A stretch of DNA of 64,000 nt from Folioceros fuciformis (taxonomy: Eukaryota): the NCBI GenBank assembly GCA_049999805.1, contig JBNGIO010006279.1, positions 92,533 through 156,532 on the forward strand. Reading direction: 5' to 3'. Numbering within the stretch: position 1 is the first letter of the stretch; every line of letters starts with the position of its first letter. Below are positions 50,468-61,994 of the stretch, one piece after another. The notes under the pieces are model-generated. The model saw only the letters and a program-made list of their open reading frames with translations, was not told where the DNA came from and did not search any database. A program made the position numbers and the translations under genes.

Positions 50468-53400
50468 TCAGTTTGAAAAGGCCTGCTGTTTCACTCTTGC
50501 CTGACTCTTGGGATTTTTCTCGTCCCCAACCAGAAAACTATGCACCTGACCATCCATGTCTGTCCACCAGCTCTGACCCGGCTGCTTCCAGGCCCTGGTC
50601 TTTTCCCTCCTCGACTGCATATCGAGTGCCTGCTCCCACATCTGGGCAGAGGTGTAAATGTTTGCCATCAACGTGTACGCTGCAGCATCTTTCTTGTCTA
50701 GTTTCACAGCTTGGTCGAAAGCGTGGCACCCCACCTTCACGTTGCTCCACTTCTGACAAGCACCCAGCAGCGTGTGCCAAATTGCAGCATTAGGCTGGAC
50801 AGGTATCCTGCTGACCAGATCTAGAGCTTCATCTAGTCGGCCTGCACGGCCCAGCATGTCCACCATACATGTGTGGTGCTCCAGTGTAGGATTGATGCCG
50901 TAGTGTTTACTCATAGACTCCAAGCACTCTGTCCCTTTGTCCACTAGGCCCGCATGACTGCATACTGTTAGTACACTGAGAAATGTGACGCCGTCAGGCT
51001 GAATGCCATCCCCTTTCATTTTCTCGACAAGGTCAAACACCACTTCACTGTGTCCTTGACAGGAGTACCCTGCAATCAGTGAATTCCATGCTACGAGGTC
51101 CCTTTTGGGCAATGCATCAAACACTTCCTGAGCATCAACCATGCATCCACATTTTCCGTACATGTTTATCAAACTGTTGGCTACAAACTCGTCAGCCTCA
51201 AGCCCTTGTTCTTGGATCTGTGCATGTAGTTGCCGTCCCAGATTCAAAGCTGCCACATTAGCACAAGCTTGCAGGAGGCAAACAAATGTCATGGGATCAG
51301 GTACTGAAATGCCTTCTTGCTGCATAGCACTGTATTGAGAAAGTGCTTCCTGCCCCATGCCCTGCTGGGAATATCCTGCTATTAGAGCGGTCCAGGTCAC
51401 CACATCCTTTTCGCCCAGTTCATCAAATACTCGCTGAGCAGATTCCAAGCTGCCACACTTTGCATACATGTTGACCAAACTGCTGGCTACAAACACGTCA
51501 GCTTGATGTCCTTGTTCTCTAATTTGCAAATGAAGCTGCTTTCCCTTCTTCAAACCTGTGGGACCCAAACTAGCACAAGCCTGAAGCAGGCACACAAATG
51601 TCGCAGGATTCTGTACCACCATGGCTTCTTGTTGCGTGGCACTGTGAAGCATGCCCTGCTGGGAATGGCGTGCTATCATGGCATTCCACAAAGCCACAGT
51701 GCTGTTGAAAACACTCAGGGCATCCTCAAGGCTGCCACACTTTGCATACATGTTGACCAAACTACTAGCTACAACCATATCCAAATGATGTCCTAGTTCT
51801 CTAATTCGTGCGTGAAGCTCCCTCCCCCAAGCCAAAGCTGGTATCCCCACACTTGCACATGCCTGCAGAAGGCACAAAAATGTCACGGCATCAGGAATAG
51901 CCAAGCCTCCCTCTTGCATGACCCTAAAGAGCTGAAGGGCTTCATGGCCCTTGCCCTGCTGGGCATATCCTGCAATTAAAGCAGTCCAAGTCGCCAACTC
52001 TTTTTGAGCAAGTCCGTCAAACACTCTCTGAGCATCTGCCAAGCTGCCACATTTTGCATACATATTCACCAAACTGCTGGCGATAAACGCATCAACTTGG
52101 GGTCCTTGTTCCCCAATTTGTGCATGAAGCTCCTTCCCCTTCTCCAAAGCTGGCATGCCCACCCTTGCACAGGCCTGAAGGAGGCACACAAACGTAACAA
52201 TATTGGGCACAGCAATGCCGCCCTCTTGCATAGCATTATACAGATTAAGGGCTTCCTGGCCCATGCCCTGCTGGGAATATCCACCGATTAGAGCAGTCCA
52301 GGTCACGACATCCTTTTCATCAAGAGCTTCAAATACCCTCTTAGCATCTTCTACGCTGCCACACTTCGCATACATATTTACCAAACTGTTAGCGACAAAC
52401 ACATCACCTTGATGTCCTTGATCTGTAATCTGAGCTTCAAGCTGTTTCCCCTTTTCTAAAGCTGGAGTTCCCAAACTTGCACATGCTCGCAGGAGGCACA
52501 CAAATGTCACAGAATCTGGTGCAGCATTGCCTTCTTTTTCCATTGAACTGTAGAGACGAAGGGCTTCCTGCCCCAGGCCCTGCTGGGAATACCCTGCTAT
52601 TATGGCATTCCATGTCACCACATTTTTTTCACTGAGTGCATCAAATACTTTCTGAGCTTCGTCTAGGCTGCCACACTTTGCATACATATTAACCAAACCG
52701 TTGGCCACAGACACATCATGTTGGTGTCCTCGTTCTCTTATGTATGCATGAAGCTGTTTCCCCTTCTCTAGAGCTGGAGATCCCACATTTGCACATGCCT
52801 GCAGCAGGCACAGGAATGTCACAGAATCAGGTAGAACAATGCCTTCGTCTTGCATAACCTGGAAAAGACGAAGGGCTTCCAGTGCCCTGCCCTGCTGGGA
52901 ATACCCTGCTATCATGGCATTCCAGGTCACCACGTTCTTCATACCAAGTCCATCGAAGACAACGTGAGCATCCTCTAAGCTGCCACACTTGGCATACATG
53001 TCCACCAAACTGTTCACTAGAAACGCATCCCCTTGATATCCTCGTTCTCTAATTTGTGCATGCAGCTGCTTCCCCTTCTCCAAACCCAGTGACCCTACAC
53101 TAGCACATGCCTGCAGGAGACACACGAATGTGATAGAATTGGGTACAGCCACACCTTCGTCCCCCATAGCACTGTAAAGACGAAGGGCTTCCTGGCCCAT
53201 GCCCTGCTGGGAGTATCCTGCAATCAAAGCGGTCCATGTCACCACATCTTTGTGATGAAGCCCATCAAACAATCTCTGAGCATCTTCCAAGCTGCCACAC
53301 TTCGCGTACATGTTCACCAAGCAGCTACTGACAAAAACATCAGGTTCAAACCCACTGGCCAACACATCAGCATGCACCTGTTGCCCAGTTTTCAAGTCCA

Positions 53401-54160
53401 AACCCCTAGCACAAGCCTGAAGCGCTGCCACAAACACATGTCCATCGGGCTTCACATTCGAGTTGCACATCTGATGATATAGTTCTACGGCTTTCTTGTC
53501 TTGTCCATGTTGAACATGCGCAGAAATTATGGCACACCATGTGAAGGCATCAGGCTTGGCAACCACTCCAAACACGTCCATTGCATCTTGCAACCTACCA
53601 TGAGAAGCATACATCCGCAGGATGAAGGTGCCGAGGAACGTGTCCGACTGCCATCCCTTTTTCACTGTGAGTCCATGGACGCGGCACCCTAGAACAAGAT
53701 CGTTCTCGTGTAAACATTGCTTCAGGACTGTACTAAAGAGAGATTTAGGTGCAAAACCGTTCGTTTCCACCAGAACTCCTAAAGCCTCGACAGCCCCAGT
53801 GAGATGGCCCTGTCGACAAAGCTCTCCCACACCTTGAGCGGATGCGGTCCATCTGTATCCTGCAGGGCTTCGAAAGTCAGAATTATCTGGCCAGCTGCAT
53901 TTCGAAGCATCGCGACCCATCTCCAGAAGTGTAAGCTCCCGAAGAAACGGCCGTGCCAATGGCGGATCCTCGCTGCAGGACGACCCATCTGCAGCAAGAC
54001 ATCCTCTTGCACGGGTTGGATTTCTTCCAGAGGTAGTGCACCTCGCGGCCTGGTTGTTCTGGGGCCGGGTCCTTGAAGCCAGGTGAGCAGGAGCTTGTCC
54101 AAGAAGACATGTTCCACACAGCCATCGCTCGCAGAGGCGAAGCAAGCTAAATCTACGCAT
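50468..54160 (-). CDS. PLS-class PPR protein with E1/E2 and a WW-type PG box, truncated before the DYW catalytic core; intronless, 1230 aa
   Basis: Transit-like N-terminus and many PLS triplets. Ends WKQPGQSWWTDMDGQVHSFLVGDEKNPKSQARVKQQAFSN*. Confidence 0.94.
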   Translation of the reverse strand: MRRFSLLRLCERWLCGTCLLGQAPAHLASRTRPQNNQAARCTTSGRNPTRARGCLAADGSSCSEDPPLARPFLRELTLLEMGRDASKCSWPDNSDFRSPAGYRWTASAQGVGELCRQGHLTGAVEALGVLVETNGFAPKSLFSTVLKQCLHENDLVLGCRVHGLTVKKGWQSDTFLGTFILRMYASHGRLQDAMDVFGVVAKPDAFTWCAIISAHVQHGQDKKAVELYHQMCNSNVKPDGHVFVAALQACARGLDLKTGQQVHADVLASGFEPDVFVSSCLVNMYAKCGSLEDAQRLFDGLHHKDVVTWTALIAGYSQQGMGQEALRLYSAMGDEGVAVPNSITFVCLLQACASVGSLGLEKGKQLHAQIRERGYQGDAFLVNSLVDMYAKCGSLEDAHVVFDGLGMKNVVTWNAMIAGYSQQGRALEALRLFQVMQDEGIVLPDSVTFLCLLQACANVGSPALEKGKQLHAYIRERGHQHDVSVANGLVNMYAKCGSLDEAQKVFDALSEKNVVTWNAIIAGYSQQGLGQEALRLYSSMEKEGNAAPDSVTFVCLLRACASLGTPALEKGKQLEAQITDQGHQGDVFVANSLVNMYAKCGSVEDAKRVFEALDEKDVVTWTALIGGYSQQGMGQEALNLYNAMQEGGIAVPNIVTFVCLLQACARVGMPALEKGKELHAQIGEQGPQVDAFIASSLVNMYAKCGSLADAQRVFDGLAQKELATWTALIAGYAQQGKGHEALQLFRVMQEGGLAIPDAVTFLCLLQACASVGIPALAWGRELHARIRELGHHLDMVVASSLVNMYAKCGSLEDALSVFNSTVALWNAMIARHSQQGMLHSATQQEAMVVQNPATFVCLLQACASLGPTGLKKGKQLHLQIREQGHQADVFVASSLVNMYAKCGSLESAQRVFDELGEKDVVTWTALIAGYSQQGMGQEALSQYSAMQQEGISVPDPMTFVCLLQACANVAALNLGRQLHAQIQEQGLEADEFVANSLINMYGKCGCMVDAQEVFDALPKRDLVAWNSLIAGYSCQGHSEVVFDLVEKMKGDGIQPDGVTFLSVLTVCSHAGLVDKGTECLESMSKHYGINPTLEHHTCMVDMLGRAGRLDEALDLVSRIPVQPNAAIWHTLLGACQKWSNVKVGCHAFDQAVKLDKKDAAAYTLMANIYTSAQMWEQALDMQSRREKTRAWKQPGQSWWTDMDGQVHSFLVGDEKNPKSQARVKQQAFSN

Positions 54161-54254
54161 GCAAATGTGCCCGACCGTAGGTAGCTCGTAGCGTGCACGA
54201 AATGAGCTCAGATGCGATCACACTGAGGGAGCAGCACATCCATGGAAAGCGAGG

Positions 54255-54945
54255 AACACATCCAGAATGGCAACTCAAGCACTGAAATTGTGAAGACTCT
54301 ACAAGCATATTTTTCACCAAAGTAGACACATTCATACCGCCGTTAACAGACATACTCCTGTTCATCCACAATGATAGTCTTGTCATGTGTAGAGCATTTG
54401 CCATAGCCAGCTTCTCGGTTTGAACATGTGAATGATGTTCCTCAGTATTATCACACAAAATCTCCCTGAGCCGATTCCAGCTGTGGCTTTACCTGACTTC
54501 TTGGAAAACCTCTGAGCACCAACCAGAAAACTGTGCACCAGTCCGTGCATGTCTGTTCACCAGCTCCGGCTCCTTCCATGCCTTGATGCTCACCCTTCTT
54601 GCCTTGCCTGAATCTTCTGTGCATGCTCCCACGTTTGGGCACCAGTGTAAATATATGACATCAAAACATATGCGCGGCATGTTTCTTGTCGAGCCTCATA
54701 GCTTGGTCGAAGGCATGGCGTCCCACCTCCACGTGGCTCCACTTTTGACAAGCACCCAACAAGGTGTACCAAACTGCAGCATTAGGGAGTTCAGGAGTGG
54801 TCCTCACCAAGACCGATGCCTCATCCAGTGGGCCTGCAAGACTCAGGAGATCCACCTTGCATGTGTGATGCTCCAGCGTAGGAGTGATGCAGTGGTGTCT
54901 GCTCACGGCCTGGCAGTACTCTCTCCCCTTGTTTACTAGACTCCT
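54255..54945 (-). pseudogene. PPR C-terminal pseudogene (E1/E2, PG box, degenerate DYW)
   Basis: Frameshifted pieces LEHHTCKVDLL, AAVWYTLLGACQKW, YVLMSYIYTGAQTWE, SW*TDMHGLVHSFLVG and QTEKLAMANAL...VKNMLV...CLSCH. Confidence 0.85.
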
Positions 54946-55099
54946 ATCTATGGCGAGCATCTGCGAGCAATAACTAGCAGCAGGTATCCCTGGAAGAATT
55001 GCCCCCGACCTGACTTCAATGAACCAAGGTAGTCAAGAGGCAACACCTCAAACTCCAATACGACCTTGGAGGATGGCTCTGACCGTAACAGGCGTGCCT

Positions 55100-56150
55100 G
55101 CATGACATGAGAGTGGCGTAACGAGTGAAACCGGGAGCAAGGTGTGCCATCAGAATCATTTCCTTGAGGCTGTTGCGGCTTTGGAAGTTTAAGTTTCAGA
55201 CAGGATGTTACATTTGCATATTTTTTTTAGTGCTGTCCTGAAGGTATGTGTATCTTGCTCTGGGTGGCCGTGTAAATCCTTTCACGGTGAGAAGGGGTTG
55301 GTGAACATGTAAGCAAAGTGTGCCACCTTGGAATGTGCTCCAGGCTTTTTTCACGGACTTGGTCAGAAGGATATGGTGACTTGGAATGCCATGATAGCAA
55401 GGTATTCTCAGCAGGGCATGTTCGAGGAAGCTTTTTGTCCATACAGTGTGATGCAAGAAGGAGGCTTAGCTGTATCCAGTTCCGTGACATTTTTGAGATT
55501 CGTCCAAGCGTATGGACGTGTTGGAACCCCAGTATTGGAGACGGGGAAGCAAGCTCTTGAGCAAATTAGAGAACAAGGACGTCAAGATGATGTGTTGGTA
55601 GCCACCAGTTTGGGAAACATGTATGCAAAGTGTGGCGGCCTAGAGGATTGCTCAGAGAGAGTGTGAAGGACTTGGTAAGACAGATTTGGTGACCTGGAAT
55701 GCGATGATAACAGGATATTGCCAGCAGAGAATAATCAGGAAGCCCCTTGTGTCTACAGGGTATCCACGAAGACGCCCTGGCTGAACCCGATTCCGTGACA
55801 CTTTTGTCCTTCTTGCAGGCATATGCAAGTGTAGGCACCCCAGAGCTCTAAGCTTCTTACCTTAGAAAGTAAGGACATCTGGCTGATGTCTGTGAATCCG
55901 GCAGCTTGGTAGACTTTTTTGCCAAATGTGGGAGAATAGACGGTGCTCAGAGGGTTTAAAGACAACCAGGACAACGTAGTAGTACATGTGTCGATGTCGA
56001 ACATGTACACCAGACTGCGCTCAGTTGTGGAAACCGGCAGAGAAACACAGGAGAGGAGAGCGGCCGCGAGGAAGGCAGGAAGGCACCCGGACAAAGCTGG
56101 TGGGCATGTATGGAAGGACAGGTGCATTTCAAGGCTCAACAGTTCAGTTC
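55100..56150 (+). pseudogene. Inverted, heavily deleted PPR pseudogene
   Basis: Fragments SKVCHQNHFLEAVAALEV*, DMVTWNAMIARYSQQG, NMYAKCGGLED, VHVSMSNMYT and PGQSWWACMEGQVH, with stops and frameshifts. Confidence 0.85.
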
Positions 56151-56436
56151 GACAGCCTCATCAGGATTTGCTTCTGAGAATTCATGTGGTCATGGAAAAG
56201 AAGGATCATCTTCGAGTAGTTTGAGCGAGGAGTGGGACAAGACTGCCTCGGAACACCTCGTGTAACGCCGATTTCGCCAGAGTGTTGGGCATGGTTTCAA
56301 AGTGGCGGAAAGTGGCGAAACTGGCTTTGCAAGAAGACATCGGTATGCAGCGATCGGAGCCCGGATCGATCGTGAGGTCGTTGAGGAAGAACGATGCGGA
56401 TGCAACGACCTGCAGCGACTGGATTCGCTGCTTGTC

Positions 56437-57919
56437 ATGATCATCTTCAAGCCCGCTGCGGCATCAGCATGCCGGCATGCACGCATTTTACTGGGCGGCG
56501 TTGTGATCAGAGGTGCGGACAACAGAACCGTGGCGCCTGCTCTGCGATCGATTTGCTGGTATTCTGAGACACCAACGCCGAGCCAGGGGACAGTCTCGTA
56601 CCTGCGGAATTGGAAGAACGGAGCGCACCTCTACCTTGTGGGCACAGCGCATGTTTCAGCTGAAAGTGCTGAGGAAGTACGGCAGGTGTGTGATCCACTG
56701 AGCATGGTCTACAGGCTGCATTCGTCTGCGCGTGAATCTCAGCTCATTGGGAGCGTTTTGGAATCATGTGTTGCAGGTGATCAACCAGGTGAAACCGGAC
56801 GCTATTGCGGTATGGCGTCTTTCAAGCTAGCATGAACCTGAGCCTGGATGACGATACTGGTAGCCCTCGTGCTGCGTATTGCACTGACCGGAGCTCCGAC
56901 TTCCTTGCCTGCTATTGTCTGCGTGGTTGGACCATGTGGCCGCTGTTAGGTTGAGTTGTGCAAGGCAAGAGCAAAGGGCCTGCAGTCTGAAAAAAGAGCA
57001 CCCAAGAGCTTCATCGAGTTGCTTAAGACAGTTTTCGGAACCACAGGTGGTCCAGGGCAGAAACTACTCGGCTTGGTCATACAGAGCTTCTATGAGCATT
57101 TGCGCACCTTGGGATTGGAGCCTGGGAAGGAATTTCAAGTTAGTAGAGCTGCAGAAACAAACTTGAGAACGTGAGGGAGGGCTGACGGTGCCGTTGGGGA
57201 ATGGTCCCTATTGCTGCCAGATTGAGACGCTCACAATATCTGTTGTAACTTGTTTCAGGTAGCCATTCAGGAGGCTGAACGACTTGGGATAAAGCTCCAC
57301 TGCATTGATCAGGACGTAAATGTGAGTATACCTGTCTCATCAGATATAATTCGATGTGCTGACTACCAGATTGTGAGCTTGGCTGCTGTTTTTCAATTGT
57401 CAGAAGCATGTTGTCAGCGAAACAAGGAGCTATTGCTGTTGCAGGAGTTGCAGCATATGTAGTATGTCCCTCCCTTGGTTACTACAGTTTTTGCAGGTTA
57501 CAATGAAGAGGTTATGGGATGCCCTTTCGTTTTGGGATCTCTTCCGTTTGTACACACGGGCACCCAAACCCTGGGCTCATGAAGCTATGGCCGCCAGTCG
57601 GACTGGCAACCCCGGCGAATGGGTAGAACGTATCAAGACAAGGGAAGTGGTGAGGAGCATGTTTCGGGACATGGAAGCTATAGCGCCAAATGTGGTCCGT
57701 TTCCAAGTTTTATGACTCCAATTGCATTGGTTCTCCCTTCAACCTCAGTGCACATGTCAATCAATGTGGTTTGTGCAAATCCAGGTAAGAGTGTTGGTGC
57801 ATGAGAGGGATGAGGTAATGGCAAAACAACTTCGACAGTACGAAGGAACCATCGTTGGCGTTGTGGGTATGGCCCATATGGATGGTATCGAGCGGAGATG
57901 GAGAGAAGCTGATCAATAG
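56437..57919 (+). CDS. TraB-family (TRABD-like) protein with an organellar-type N-terminus; 6 exons
   Basis: Exons 56437-56685, 56777-56809, 56950-57138, 57259-57321, 57497-57694, 57785-57919. Motifs LYLVGTAHVS, PDAIAVELC, PGKEF, DQDVNVT, LVHERDE, VGVVGMAHMDGI. Confidence 0.9.
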
Positions 57920-60900
57920 GTAGGCGGGGGCCGGCTGACAGGGGAAGCACATGAAGTAGCAGGTTTGGCAGCAGGGATGCTGTCGAGCCTGATTAACATC
58001 GATGTTTAGCATCGTGGCAGCAGGGAAGTATTTTTCAACATCGTTGAAGGGAAGGGCTGAAGTTTGGTTCGAACGCTTTAAGGACACTGACCAGCTAGAT
58101 TGGCCTGGATTGTGTGGTGCTTTTTTTTTTGTCAAGTCCCACATTTCACAAGGATTGCCATAGCCAGGTTACCAGCCCCACTAGAAACAGGGGTGTCTGG
58201 AACTTGTTTGTTTATTCTTTCTGTAACAGCCTGTTAGCGCCACCTCCTTTCCCAGTTTCGCACACGGTGCTGCACTCCAGAAAAGCTTCGGCTGTCCGTA
58301 TCGTTAGTATGCAGGCTAGCTTTGGATGTTTACACTGAGCGGACTTTGATACGCGTGACTTTACGGAATAAGCAGGGGCTCGGGGCCTCTGGTTGCCGGT
58401 CGGTGAGCTTGGGGCCTTTGGCCGTGACCCGCAAGCAGGGGCCGGGACCCACGAGCTCGGCCCAGGCTCGGCCATTTCGCCCTGCTAACAATGCTAACAA
58501 TGCTAACAATCCTTGCTAAACATTCGCAGATATGCAAATAATACATCTAGAAGTGTCCGCGTGGTGTCTTCCGAAGAATCATCTAGGCATAATGGTGGCT
58601 GACAGTCTTAACGTGCCATCCACTAATTGGCTATGCGGCCAATTGTAGCTCGAAACAATCTGGAAGAGTTTGGGCATCTATGCTATTGCCTTCATTGCAA
58701 TTGTTGAAGCCCCCCTCTTGGACACCTCTTGGACACTGAAGTCCTTGTCCCTGTTTTTAGTGTCTCATTTGGTATGAGGTCCCCTTTGGTTGGTATGCCA
58801 ACTAAGATAAGTAAAATCCGGGAGTCTAAGGAGCAAATACTACAAGATACCCTTGGAGAAATAATAAACAAATAAGAGAGAAACAATATCCCCTTTGGCA
58901 TGCTATCAAGTGCGGCTGTGATCTTAGGTGTTTAAGATGGAAACCACATGCACCTCTCCCTAATTCCCTCACCACCCCTTGACTCACTCCCTTGTCCGCT
59001 CCTACCCCCCATTGTTCCCTCCATCCTTCCTCCGTCCCTAGTCCCTGATTGTGAATGAGGCCCACGATTGTTTGCCAAGTTTTGTCTCATGCCCACTACA
59101 GCCAAATAGCCAAGGAACACATGCCCAACAACCTTGCCAATCACAGGTAGACTTGACATTAGGCTTTTTGCTCCAAGGTCTTGGGTGGGGCTTCCCTATC
59201 GACCAAGATCATGAAGTGATTAAGGTATGTCTAGTGTGGTGTGGTGTGAATATTAACTAATGAATTATGCATGAGTATGATATTGGCGTAGTGGGAGATT
59301 GTGAGAGGGAGGGCGAGAGAGCGCGGATGGACAATATTGTAATGCCCACTGCCTACTGAAGACACCCTCTGCGTGTGATGTATACAGGTGCGCATAAGTT
59401 TGTAGCATGAAGGGAAACAAATAAACGAATAGCGACATGAGAGTATCATAGAAATAGAATGTGGCATGATGGTAGTTATACAAACTGCAGATGACATGAA
59501 GGGACACCCCTTTTGGCTAGTAAAAGTGATCCATGTGACTCACGGTGGTGAAGAACCCATGCATGTGCTCATTGGTGGAGGATGGAAAATCAAGATGCAT
59601 TCGAGGGGAGATTTGGAAAAGATCAAGAATGTGCAGCTCGTCAGACTTCTTGATAGCCCAAATAAGGGTAACATTAGGAAGAAGCTCTATATCACCCCTT
59701 GGATGTTAGGCTTACATCTTCTACTCATGATGAGAAGTCTAGCTTAAGTTTTTTTAAGGGTCCAGTGCATGTTCAAGCTAGCTTGGATTGAGGAACACCT
59801 CATTTCCTTGGACATGGACATGGTCCAATGGTGCCTTTTCTTCTGAATCCAACTTTTCTAATAAACCTGGACTTGGTTGGTAGGCTTGCAGGTTTATATT
59901 AGGAGAAAAACTCGGATGAGAAAGTAAAATGTTGAAATCCAATATGAAGGAGCAAAAAGGAACTGGTCCAAAAATTTTAAACTTAGGTTCAGTACTAGCT
60001 GGTAGTGAGGTTTGAACTTGCTACTTCCTGTCCCAGGAGTGGGCCTTATCCAGTAAACCACGATGGAATGCAGCAAGAGGTGCTATAAATTATATTTCAA
60101 GTAAGTCTTCGAAAACTCACAACTTCAGTGCCAACTATCAAACCATAAGGGCAACACAATCCACGAAATTGTAAGGAATGTAGCTAGATCCTCGCAATTC
60201 CGTTTTACGTATAGGACGAGGAGGACGGTCATTAGCACCCGAGCATGGAGCAGGTGCCAACCTTGGAAGCAGATACAGATGTTATCCGTGCCAATTCTGC
60301 TCTGCGGTTGCTTCTGTCTTTACGATCCCTTCAGTGTTCCGGTTCGTCATGTAGCTTGATTTGCAGGACTCGGCCTGTATTTCAAGCTGTTCGCCTGGAC
60401 TTCAAACCGTTGCATGCCATTCAGGAAGATTTGAAATACGATTGAAAGACCATGTCTGAATGGAGAAGTGTGGAGCTTGTTTTCTTAACCATTTTGCTTG
60501 ACTTCAGATCTGTCAATTGTTATACATTCCTGAAAAACTTGTTTTCCATGGTCAATGTTGTTGCTCTTCCAACGAGACATCCTTTTTCCCTTCATTGCAG
60601 CGATTAGGAACTCAAGAACCTGCATCGTCTGCAAGCACCAAGGTTCAGAGACATTGTATGAGGTATTGCAAAGTGTCCGCACTGTTCAAGAAATAGTGCG
60701 TGAGACGATATCTTCAGCTCCCAGCTCAGACGATTTTTGTTCGGAGCTGGACGCGGGAGGAATCTGAAATGTATTTAACAAGGTCTGGTGTATGCGTGAA
60801 CCAGAAACACGAGCGCTTGATTGCAGCCTTGCGGATTATGGAGGAAGATTTACAGAATCTGCGAATACAGCTCAAGCAACAAAGGTTCCGGCATGTTTAC

Positions 60901-61635
60901 GCAGAGATAGCAAGAGTACTGTTGTTCCTTTTTGGCACTCTCCTTGTAATGTGGATCATGAAAACTTGATGAGCTCGTCCTTGATCTCCAAATCCTTGGA
61001 ACATTCGTGATTCCGCCTTGCTCTAAGGTTCTAGCCAAGTGCCACGAGCAGACATTGTAGTTACTTTGCGCAGTTCAATTTGACGCCTCTAAATGTGTTC
61101 CTTGACAAGGGAGCAGGAGATCTGGGAAAGCCTTTAGGTTTAATCGTGCTACGATGCCATGAACCAGACGCTCGAAGACTTTTAGTTCCGACGGTGGCAG
61201 CATCAGTGTCTCTGACAGTGCCCTGGGCAGGAGTTGATCAATTGCGAGCATCCGCTCGGATTGGCAAGCCCTGGTCCTCCGTCTTTCTGAGATGGAAAAG
61301 GGAACAGTTGGCCCTGATGCATTGATGCAGGCCCTGTTACAAGGAGCGGGGAAATCCAGCGTAGAGTGCTTTCCAACCAGGGCAGAAACAAGCCGAATTC
61401 AGCCCCAGACAGAAATGTTTACAGCTTCCCCAGATTTTTCAAGTATGCGAACGACGCCTTCCTAGCTTCCCTCCCACAGCTGATTTTTAAACTCTGCCTA
61501 AACTATCCATGATTACTTCACCGATTGGCTTTCTAGGTTCATTGTAATGTATTTAATCTTGAAAATTTGCATAACTTGTGTCAAGAATAACATTTTATTA
61601 TTATTATTTATTTCCACCGCAATCTGAAGTGTGTC

Positions 61636-61708
61636 GGGGGAGTAGCTCAAATGGTAGAGCGCCCGTTTCGCATACGGGAGGTAACGGGATCGATGCCCGT
61701 CTTCTCCA
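61636..61708 (+). tRNA. tRNA-Ala(CGC)
   Basis: Full cloverleaf: acceptor GGGGGAG/CTTCTCC with the G3:U70 Ala identity pair, D stem GCTC/GAGC, anticodon CGC at 61669-61671, T loop ATCGATG (A54, typical of eukaryotic tRNA-Ala) and discriminator A. Confidence 0.93.
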
Positions 61709-61994
61709 CTGTGGAATCCTGAACATTGTTGTTTTCCCCGAATTGCGTTTTAGTACATTTCCTACATCCAGGCTCCACATGTGATATACTGTGTTTCATG
61801 ACAGTTGGTAGCGGTGCACCTGGTGGCCACCCAGAATGCAGTCGAGGGCAATTGGCTCGCAGTGCGGTGCTCCTCGAGTGGAGCTCCTTGACATAGGAGA
61901 GCTCAGCAATGTCCGACCTGCGGCTCTTCGGTGGGAGAGGCCCTGAAACTTCTAGGCGGGCCCCGGCGAAGGGGCGACAGGATTCGGAGCGACC

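Noticed and set aside
46607-54160. Calling the PPR genes U-to-C editing enzymes
   Set aside because: They lack the KPAxA/HAE/GRP-type deaminase features linked to reverse editing and have no intact deaminase at all.
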